From contig DAOUKZ010000058.1 in NCBI GenBank assembly GCA_034420775.1, forward strand, positions 16,108 to 48,107: a stretch of 32,000 nucleotides of DNA. The letters run 5' to 3'. The stretch comes from Dehalococcoidia bacterium. Lineage in GTDB: Bacteria > Chloroflexota > Dehalococcoidia > SHYB01. Below, in pieces: positions 8,894 to 15,765 of the stretch. The stretch's first letter is position 1; each line of letters opens with the position of its first letter. Made by a program: the position numbers and the translations under genes. The notes beneath the pieces were generated by a model. That model was given only the letters and a program-made list of their open reading frames with translations. It was not told the origin of the DNA and did not search any database.

Positions 8894-9684
8894 TGGGTCA
8901 ACTCGACGGAAAAGCTGCCATCGTCACCGGCGCGGGGTCGGGCATGGGACGCGCCACCGCGGCGCTGCTCGCCTCGGAGGGCGCCAAGGTCGTGGTGGCC
9001 GACGTCGACGAGGCCGGGGCCGCCGAGACGGTCTCCCAGATCGCCGCGGCGGGCGGCGAGGCCGTGGCGGTGGTCGGCGACCACTCGGTGAACAAGGACG
9101 TGCAGGAGGTCGTGGGCACGGCGCTGTCGAACTACGGCGGCGTCGACGCGCTCCACAACAACGCGGGCATCCTGCGCAGCTACGGGAGCATCGAGGAGCA
9201 CCCCGAGGACGTGTGGCGGCGCGTGGTCGACGTGAATCTGACCGGGTACTTCCTGATGTCGCGGGCGGTCCTGCCCCTGATGCGGGCCGGCGGCGGCGCG
9301 ATCGTCAACACGGCCTCGATGGCCGCCATCCATCCCTACGCGCCCGGCCCGGCCTATTCGGCCTCCAAGGCGGGCGTGCTGGGCCTGACCACCGCGTTCG
9401 CCGAGGCCGGGGCCGCCGACGGCGTCCGCGTCAACGCCATCTGCCCCGGCGGCGTCGACACCGCCATCCTGAGGTGGGCCTCGGTGCCCGTCCCCGACGA
9501 CCGCTCCGGCCTCGGCCTCATGGATCCCGGCGACATCGCCCGCCTCGTCCTCTACTTCGTCACCCACCCCGACATCACCGGCCAAGCCATCGCCGCCCGC
9601 AAGATCGACGGCGAGACCCGCTATCACTACGTGGATGTGCTGGTGAGCGAGCGGGAGCTGGTGATCGGTAAGGGGGGCCCCTAG
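8893..9684 (+). CDS. Short-chain dehydrogenase/reductase (SDR) 3
   Basis: The internal ATG at 8893 of ORF 8425..9684 gives MGQLDGKAAIVTGAGSGMGRA. NNAG and YSASK motifs are present. ATGA overlap with the SDR2 stop. The 8425-8892 extension overlaps SDR2 in another frame and is Arg/Pro/Gly-rich. Confidence 0.85.
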   Translation: MGQLDGKAAIVTGAGSGMGRATAALLASEGAKVVVADVDEAGAAETVSQIAAAGGEAVAVVGDHSVNKDVQEVVGTALSNYGGVDALHNNAGILRSYGSIEEHPEDVWRRVVDVNLTGYFLMSRAVLPLMRAGGGAIVNTASMAAIHPYAPGPAYSASKAGVLGLTTAFAEAGAADGVRVNAICPGGVDTAILRWASVPVPDDRSGLGLMDPGDIARLVLYFVTHPDITGQAIAARKIDGETRYHYVDVLVSERELVIGKGGP

Positions 9685-9725
9685 CCCCTTTTCGGGAATA
9701 CCACCATCAACCTAGGAGCGATTCA

Positions 9726-11951
9726 GTGGCACGAGCGTTCGTGACGTATTCACAGAAGGACTCAGAATTCGTGGATAAGTTGGTTACCGACCTTGAGAGT
9801 GCGGGCCAAGCCTTGGTGCTGGATAAACGGGTGATGCTCCCAGGCGATTCGTTGATGAAGATCTTTGAAGAGATCGGCACAGTCGAATTCTTGTTGGCCG
9901 TCTTGTCTCCGGACGCAGTGAAGAGTAACTGGGTGAAGAAGGAACTTGCAGGTGCAGTCATTCGGGAGATCGAAGAGCCGGGCTTCAAAGTCATCCCCAT
10001 TATCAAGGAGGGCTGCCAGCTACCCACAGCATTAAGGCAAGCCATACGCGACAAATACCAGGCCCGCTTTGATGAAAAGGACCACGATGTGGTAACGAGA
10101 GAGATCCTGGAGGCTCTCTCGGCGGCCAATGATCCTCGAATGCTATATTCCGAATCTCAAGGGCCACGTAGTGGCAATCCATTCCGACGTGTCCGCGCTG
10201 AGTATTTTGAGAGCATAAGGACTCTTGCACGATCATATTCGGAACCGGAAGCCGCTCGCTACGAAAGAATAGTGGAAACCAAACCTGTCATTCTTGAAGG
10301 AGGCAGAGGGTCGGGCAAGACGATGACCTTGAAGTCGATGCTCTTGCAAGCCTTGCTTTCTCGCTTCCGCCGACAAACCTTGGATGAGACAAACATCTCC
10401 TACTTTGGCGTATACCTTCGCTTCGTTCCCGGTTCATTCGCCACCCAGTCACAAGCAGTGGAGGAGATCGTTGGGATGGACCGTTGTATCGCTCTATTTA
10501 TGAGCGAAACGATTCTCAAATTAACACATGCGTTGGTAGAAGAACTAAAATCCTGTGCGGACGCAGGCGTTGTCCAAACCAGTAGTAGTCGGGAGCGCCA
10601 ACTCGTTTCGGAGATTACCAACATTGTAAGACCATCAGTTCAGGGCGATCCACAGACAACTGACCTGGAAACTCTGAGCAGGATGTTATCCATAGAAATC
10701 CGGTTTATAACAGACTACGTGAACCGCCAATTGTTCGGAGAAAGCAGCGAATACAAAGGGGTATTCCTCCGTGTTGAAGACCTGAAGCGAATTTGTCATG
10801 CTACGACTAGCATATACCTGGCGAGACCCGAAGCGACAGTCTACTTCCTTTTGGACGAATTCGAAAGCCTGTTGGTTTTTCAGAAAGTAGTGACTAACAG
10901 CATCCTTAAAGCTAGCGAGTCCGGACACTACTCGGTGAAAATCGCGACCAAGAAGGCCGCTTTGGCGACATCTAGTACACTTGAAGCTCAAGAGATCGAA
11001 GAACCTCACGATTACACCTCAGTTGATGTCGACTACAACATTTCCGACTCTCAGGAGCGCCAGAATTACAAAGATCTACTAATCACGATCTGTGAGAACA
11101 GCCTGTCCAACGAAGCCTTCAGCGAAACGAGGATCGACCAGCTTTTGGAACCCCGGCTTGACTGGGACGGACTGAATAGAGAAGAGGTTGACGATGAGAT
11201 AACCAGTGTTTTAGGAGACCGTCCTGTAACGGCCGAGGATCGACACAGACTAGGACATGCTGCCGTCTTTAGGCTGCTTCACCGACAGAGAGGCAAGAGG
11301 AAGCAGTTTGCTGGTTTTGATGACTTGGTTACTCTTTCCTCCGGAATAATCAGGTTATTCTTGGAGCTAGCAGGCTTGTCCTATCACTTTGCAGTACAAG
11401 AGAATATTGACGTGAAGGGAGGACAGCCAATTGGACGCAGCCACCAAACTAGCGCAGCATACGCACTTTCGGATTACTATTTGACGACCATCAGAAGCAA
11501 TGTCGCGACAGTAGGACCTCAGATTCAGCAACTTGTTGTTGACTTGGGAGATATATTTCGAGCGAAGCTGCTCAAACATACCAGCGAGCCAGAAGGGTCG
11601 CGGTTAGCTATCCATGATCCGCATTTGCTAGAAGAGTCGGCCTCCAAAGAGGCTGAGATGGTGCTTACGCAAGCTGTAATCCATTCAATCTTTCAGAACC
11701 CTGAACAACGAGGCGGGATGCGACCAAAGCACCTGACCGACATTCAACCACAGGAGTATATCCTCAACCGGGTCTATAGTCCCAGCCTCGGCATTTCGCC
11801 TCGACCTCGCTGGCGCACGCGAATCAGCACCAAGGACCTGCTTGAACTCATGGATCCAACCCTTCGGCAGAAAACCAAATCTAGATTGACGAGATTGGTT
11901 AGTCGTTCGAGTGCAATGCAATCGGAGTTGCCGCTGGAGGCCGGCTCATGA
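9726..11951 (+). CDS. TIR-domain / P-loop NTPase fusion protein (candidate NADase-type defence effector-sensor)
   Basis: GTG start with AGGAG 7 nt upstream. Residues 1-135 form a TIR domain (AFVTYSQKDSEFVDKL..., LLAVLSPDAVKSNWVKKELAGA, with the conserved Glu at codon 73, nt 9942-9944). Walker A is GGRGSGKT (nt 10299-10322). The Walker B-like element is VYFLLDEFESL (about nt 10845-10865). About 360 further residues have no motif I recognise. Confidence 0.8.
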   Translation: MARAFVTYSQKDSEFVDKLVTDLESAGQALVLDKRVMLPGDSLMKIFEEIGTVEFLLAVLSPDAVKSNWVKKELAGAVIREIEEPGFKVIPIIKEGCQLPTALRQAIRDKYQARFDEKDHDVVTREILEALSAANDPRMLYSESQGPRSGNPFRRVRAEYFESIRTLARSYSEPEAARYERIVETKPVILEGGRGSGKTMTLKSMLLQALLSRFRRQTLDETNISYFGVYLRFVPGSFATQSQAVEEIVGMDRCIALFMSETILKLTHALVEELKSCADAGVVQTSSSRERQLVSEITNIVRPSVQGDPQTTDLETLSRMLSIEIRFITDYVNRQLFGESSEYKGVFLRVEDLKRICHATTSIYLARPEATVYFLLDEFESLLVFQKVVTNSILKASESGHYSVKIATKKAALATSSTLEAQEIEEPHDYTSVDVDYNISDSQERQNYKDLLITICENSLSNEAFSETRIDQLLEPRLDWDGLNREEVDDEITSVLGDRPVTAEDRHRLGHAAVFRLLHRQRGKRKQFAGFDDLVTLSSGIIRLFLELAGLSYHFAVQENIDVKGGQPIGRSHQTSAAYALSDYYLTTIRSNVATVGPQIQQLVVDLGDIFRAKLLKHTSEPEGSRLAIHDPHLLEESASKEAEMVLTQAVIHSIFQNPEQRGGMRPKHLTDIQPQEYILNRVYSPSLGISPRPRWRTRISTKDLLELMDPTLRQKTKSRLTRLVSRSSAMQSELPLEAGS

Positions 11952-12898
11952 CGGTTCGACAGCTGTCTTCACTGGGTCCCGTAGTCGAGGAGCGAGCCGA
12001 GGTGTTCATTGGGTGCGCTAGCTTTGAAGAACGCTGTCTGGGCGGTTTGAGCTTGCTCCCCCCAGCGTACCGTTTCGCCCATAGCTACCTGTGCATCTAT
12101 GACGACTTCAATGAAGCCAGGCAGCCAAATGTCAGGGCTATGACCGAAGTTCTTCAGGGGCATGGGCCATTGAGCACAGTCGAGGCCTCTGAGGAAAATC
12201 CCTCTCGTTCGATCGCCGAGTTGCTAAGTGGCATTCGTGCCCTTGCTGCGCTATCGGAGATCAGAGTCACTTTGGACGCGTCCACCTTCACGAAACGACA
12301 TCTGCTGCTATTGCTGCATGCTTTAGATGATGCTGGACTATGGCGTTCATTGAGGATTCTCTACACTGAACCTAAGGAATACGTTGTTGATATGTACCTG
12401 CCAATGTCCATGGGGATTAAAGAAGTGGCACCTATACCCGGCTTCACGAATGTAAAGCCTCCTGACAAGCCTGTACTTTTAGTGATTATGCTCGGCTATG
12501 AAGGTGATCGGTCGATGGCTCTCTTTCAAACGATTGAACCCAACGAAACAGTGCTTCTGGTGCCGAAACCTGCTTACCGCCCCGAGTGGGAGGGGCGAAC
12601 TGAGGAACTCAATGGACAGCTAGTCTCACTCTTGGGTGAAGATGCTATAGAATACGCCGACTCTCGGGATCCCCTTCAAGTCAAAACGGCCCTCGACAAA
12701 GTGTTGGGCAATCGGTACTCGACAAAGGACTGGACTTGTCTAGTATCGCCGTTGGGAACGAAACCCCAAACAGTCGGCCTCTATGCGTTTTGGCGAGAGA
12801 AGCCTGATTCTTGCGCATTGATATATGCGCAACCACTGAGACACAACGAAAGGTACTACTCCAAAGGTTCAGGCCCGACTTGGGAGTTGGGAATCTGA
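11948..12898 (+). CDS. Hypothetical protein with two tandem Rossmann-like (CARF/SAVED-like?) modules
   Basis: ATGA overlap with the upstream stop. Two internally similar halves each open with a strand-Gly-aromatic-Glu-x-acidic-Arg element (VFIGCASFEERCL and LLVIMLGYEGDRSM). About 85-90 residues later each has a strand followed by a polar-xxx-Lys element (VTLDASTFTKRHLL, which fits the CARF signature [DN]x[ST]xxx[RK], and CLVSPLGTKPQTV). The fold assignment is inference. Confidence 0.55.
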   Translation: MTVRQLSSLGPVVEERAEVFIGCASFEERCLGGLSLLPPAYRFAHSYLCIYDDFNEARQPNVRAMTEVLQGHGPLSTVEASEENPSRSIAELLSGIRALAALSEIRVTLDASTFTKRHLLLLLHALDDAGLWRSLRILYTEPKEYVVDMYLPMSMGIKEVAPIPGFTNVKPPDKPVLLVIMLGYEGDRSMALFQTIEPNETVLLVPKPAYRPEWEGRTEELNGQLVSLLGEDAIEYADSRDPLQVKTALDKVLGNRYSTKDWTCLVSPLGTKPQTVGLYAFWREKPDSCALIYAQPLRHNERYYSKGSGPTWELGI

Positions 12899-14172
12899 TG
12901 AGGAGACGTCAGACCATTGAACCACAATCGATAGACCTAAAGAATCGATCTGATGTGGCGCTTGATCGAATAGCGATGCGACTTCATCAGCTTGACAAGT
13001 ATCCAGCGAAGATGATTCCTCACATGGCCCGGTTTTTGATTGAAAGGGTATCGGAACCGGGCGACACGGTATTGGATCCCTTTTGCGGTACTGGCACGGT
13101 GGTTCGCGAAGCGCTCGCGCTTGGCCGCAATGCTATAGGACTGGATGTGAATCCATTAGCCACACTTTTTACCCATGTGAAGGTTCAGAATTACCACCGC
13201 AAGGCACTAGAGAGACAATTGGCAGAACTGCTGGAGGAATTTAGGAGGCAAAAACCAACCATTGTTTTCGGCTTCCCGAACGCGGAGTACTGGTTTACTC
13301 CAGCGACTCTACGAAAACTAGCGATCATACGGTCTGTAGTGGATCGATTGCCCCAGAAAGTGCCGAGCCCATATCCAGACTTTTGGCGGGCCGTACTGGC
13401 ATCTATTGTGCGCCAAGCGAGTAGAGCAGATAATCGAGGTCCGAAGCCCTTTATTTCGAAAAGAGCGCGCGAGAGGAAGAAGGGGATAAATTGCAATCCA
13501 TTTACATTGTTTGCACGTGCAGGTCAAGCTCGCATTGACCTGCTAGGCTCGAGCGCTGACAAATTCGGCGACAGTCGAGTTGAAGTGATGCACGGTAATG
13601 CCAAGACACTGCCCACTAGCATGAGGACAGTCGGTGTCGATGCAGTTGTGACGTCGCCTCCGTACCTAAACGCTCAGGACTATTATAGGTCGTGCAAACT
13701 AGAACTATGGGTCCTTGGACTCCTTGGAGTAGACGCGAATATGAAGTGGGCCCGTGATGAGATCATAGGGACTGACAGAATGCGCATCGACCATCGACTG
13801 TTCGACCTCCCAATGCCTTCACCCACAAGTGTCGCCGCCCGCGAGAGCCTGGTATCCGCTAATCCCAAGAGCGCATGTATTTTGACGAAATACACCTTAG
13901 ATATGGCGAAGGTACTTTCCCAAATAGAACAAGTGCTGAAGCCAGGAGGGTATTGTGCAGTAGTCTCAGGGGACAACACTCTTTCCGGCATGCCCGTGCA
14001 AACTCACAAGATCATCACGGAACTCGCACTGCACTCGGGCTTCCGATTAACGCATCACTATGTGGACGCCATACGAGATCGGTGGGTACCTCCTTCCCGT
14101 AATGGTCACAACGGAGTGATCCTTGAGGAACATATACAAATCTTCCAAACCCCCTTGTCTATCAGCAGTTAA
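12898..14172 (+). CDS. DNA methyltransferase, N4-cytosine/N6-adenine (amino-MTase) family, motif I before motif IV
   Basis: The ATG at 12898 overlaps the upstream stop (ATGA). The AdoMet-binding block is YPAKMIPHMARFLIERVSEPGDTVLDPFCGTGTVVREALALGRNAIGLDVNP (DPFCGTGT at nt 13075-13098). The catalytic motif IV is VVTSPPYLNAQDY (SPPY at nt 13654-13665). About 185 residues separate the two motifs. The 12811-12897 extension overlaps the previous gene. Confidence 0.8.
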   Translation: MRRRQTIEPQSIDLKNRSDVALDRIAMRLHQLDKYPAKMIPHMARFLIERVSEPGDTVLDPFCGTGTVVREALALGRNAIGLDVNPLATLFTHVKVQNYHRKALERQLAELLEEFRRQKPTIVFGFPNAEYWFTPATLRKLAIIRSVVDRLPQKVPSPYPDFWRAVLASIVRQASRADNRGPKPFISKRARERKKGINCNPFTLFARAGQARIDLLGSSADKFGDSRVEVMHGNAKTLPTSMRTVGVDAVVTSPPYLNAQDYYRSCKLELWVLGLLGVDANMKWARDEIIGTDRMRIDHRLFDLPMPSPTSVAARESLVSANPKSACILTKYTLDMAKVLSQIEQVLKPGGYCAVVSGDNTLSGMPVQTHKIITELALHSGFRLTHHYVDAIRDRWVPPSRNGHNGVILEEHIQIFQTPLSISS

Positions 14173-14230
14173 TGTCGTACCTGGAGAGTTGATAGAGGGC
14201 GCCTGCCATCGCGGCGCGACTTCCCTGATT

Positions 14231-14265
14231 GGCCCCCTTCCCCCACCCCAGCCCCCCGCCCTCGC
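14231..14265. repeat. C-rich tract (G-quadruplex-capable on the minus strand) at the island / dnaJ-promoter junction
   Basis: The plus strand reads GGCCCCCTTCCCCCACCCCAGCCCCCCGCCCTCGC. The complement therefore has five or more closely spaced runs of 3-6 G. Confidence 0.5.
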
Positions 14266-14294
14266 TTGTCGCTACCCTTGGCGCTCCCTATAAT
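14266..14294 (+). promoter_or_regulatory. Putative sigma70-type promoter of dnaJ (TTGTCG-N17-TATAAT)
   Basis: TTGTCG at 14266-14271, a 17-nt spacer, and a perfect TATAAT at 14289-14294. It lies 30 nt upstream of ATG 14324. Confidence 0.45.
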
Positions 14295-14323
14295 TCAGGG
14301 TTGGGAGAGTGGGCGAGCCGGGT

Positions 14324-15457
14324 ATGGCGACGACGAAGCGCGATTACTACGAGGTCCTCGGCGTGGGGCGGGATGTCTCCGAGGACGATCTTCGGAAGGC
14401 CTTCCGCAAGAAGGCGTTCGAGTACCACCCCGACCGCAACAAGGAGCCGGAGGCCGAGGCGAAGTTCAAGGAGTGCGCCGAGGCGTACGAGGTGCTCCGC
14501 GACGGCGAGAAGCGGGCGAAGTACGACCGCTTCGGGCATGCCGGGCCCAACGGCGCCGGCGTCGGGTTCGAGGGGTTCGGCGGCTTCTCGGACATCGGCG
14601 ACATCTTCGACGCCTTCTTCGGCGGCGGGGCCTTCGGCGGGCGGCGGTCGCGGGCGACGGCCGCCGAGCGCGGCGACGACCTCGCGGCCAGCGTCGCGAT
14701 CGAGTTCGAGGAGGCCGCCTTCGGCACGGAGAAGCAGTTCGACTTCTCGCGCCTCGAGACCTGCTCACGCTGCCACGGCGCGCGGTCGGAGCCCGGCACC
14801 AGCACCGCCACCTGCGCCACCTGCAAGGGCCAGGGTCAGGTCCGGCAGTCGCAGCGCAGCATCTTCGGGCAGTTCGTCAACGTCACCACCTGTCCAGCCT
14901 GCCGCGGCGAGGGGACGACGATCTCGAACCCGTGCACCGCGTGCCGGGGCCAGGGCCGGACGCGCAACGAGGCGAACATCGTGGTGAAGATTCCGCCGGG
15001 GATCAGCCACGGCTCGCAGGTGCGGCTGACGTCGCAGGGCGGCGCCGGTCGCAACGGCGGCCCCACCGGCGACCTGTACATCACGGTGCAGGTCAAGGAG
15101 CACGAGATCTTCGACCGCGAGCGCGACGACGTGGTCTACACGCTGCCGCTGAACATCGCGCAGGCCGCGCTCGGCGACGAGCTGGAGATCCCCACCCTCG
15201 GCGGCGAGACGCGGCTCAAGGTCCCGGCGGGGACGCAGCCGGGCCAGATGTTCCGTCTGAAGGGGAAGGGGATCCAGCGGCTGCGGGGCGGCGGTCGGGG
15301 GGACCAGGTCGTCTACGTCGACGTGGTGGTGCCGTCGAAGCTGGACTCGAAGCAGAAGAAGGCGTTTGAGGCGCTGGACGGTCTGCTCAAGAAGCCCGAC
15401 CTGACCCACAAGCAGGACAAGTCGATCTTCGACCGGATCAGGGATACGCTGGGGTAG
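14324..15457 (+). CDS. dnaJ: Molecular chaperone DnaJ (type I Hsp40)
   Basis: J domain (DYYEVLGV...YHPDRN), a G/F-rich linker, and four Cys-pair zinc-finger motifs ([30 protein letters not shown]). I chose ATG 14324 (MATTKRDYY) over the GTG at 14309. Confidence 0.95.
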   Translation: MATTKRDYYEVLGVGRDVSEDDLRKAFRKKAFEYHPDRNKEPEAEAKFKECAEAYEVLRDGEKRAKYDRFGHAGPNGAGVGFEGFGGFSDIGDIFDAFFGGGAFGGRRSRATAAERGDDLAASVAIEFEEAAFGTEKQFDFSRLETCSRCHGARSEPGTSTATCATCKGQGQVRQSQRSIFGQFVNVTTCPACRGEGTTISNPCTACRGQGRTRNEANIVVKIPPGISHGSQVRLTSQGGAGRNGGPTGDLYITVQVKEHEIFDRERDDVVYTLPLNIAQAALGDELEIPTLGGETRLKVPAGTQPGQMFRLKGKGIQRLRGGGRGDQVVYVDVVVPSKLDSKQKKAFEALDGLLKKPDLTHKQDKSIFDRIRDTLG

Positions 15458-15765
15458 GCGTCGGGCGCCGAGGGGGGCAGGGTTCTTCCGTTGGCCCCGG
15501 AGACCACCCCTGGGCAACCACAAGAGTTGCCCCTACAGGGATTTCTGCGAAGTGGGGCTGCGGGCGGCGTTGAGGTTGGCGTGCCCCTCCCGGCCCCCCG
15601 CCTCCGACGCGCCTGACGGCGCGCACCCTCTTTCAGTTTCCCCCATGGAGGGGGAAAGGCCGGAGGGGACGGGCGATTCGCTAGGCGCCCCTACGGGAGG
15701 GGACGTTACGCGGCGCAGTTATGCAAAGGTCTCCAGAGGGTGAGAGGTTTAAGGTGGGCGCTGCG

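Larger units (their letters stand above)
9685..14230. other. AT-richer genomic island (likely horizontally acquired) carrying a three-gene candidate defence operon
   Basis: Base composition and codon third positions shift abruptly just after the SDR3 stop (9684) and return to the high-GC background just after the methyltransferase stop (14172). I saw no integrase, tRNA or clear flanking direct repeats. Confidence 0.6.

Noticed and set aside
5953-9627. Long minus-strand ORFs (5953..7098, 7206..8105, 7769..8395, 8836..9627) opposite the thiolase and SDR genes
   Set aside because: Same reasoning: these are antisense shadows of well-supported genes with low-complexity translations.
12811-12897. 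Earlier start for the methyltransferase ORF
   Set aside because: It lies inside the 3' end of the preceding gene. ATG 12898 forms an ATGA stop/start overlap, like the preceding junction.
9660-14270. Possible target-site duplication at the island borders (GGCCCCTAGCCCCTTTT on the left versus GGCCCCCTTCCCCC on the right)
   Set aside because: Both are short, imperfect and made of low-complexity C-runs that are common in this DNA. There is no integrase or tRNA to support an integrative element.
14173-14323. Search for heat-shock operators (CIRCE TTAGCACTC-N9-GAGTGCTAA or HAIR-type inverted repeat) upstream of dnaJ
   Set aside because: I found no such inverted repeat in the 150-nt upstream region. 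Only a sigma70-like promoter and the C-rich tract are present.
14229-15523. Alternative-frame ORFs over dnaJ (14229..14987, 14266..15369, and 14765..15523 on the minus strand)
   Set aside because: The dnaJ frame carries the full J-domain, G/F and zinc-finger architecture. The alternatives are Arg/Ser/Pro-rich low complexity.
15640-15680. GGAGGGGGAAAGGCCGGAGGGG superficially resembling the RNase P RNA GAGGAAAGUCCGGGC core
   Set aside because: The match is inexact (GGCCGG versus GUCCGGGC). None of the other conserved RNase P regions is present, and the intergenic space is too short for the full RNA.
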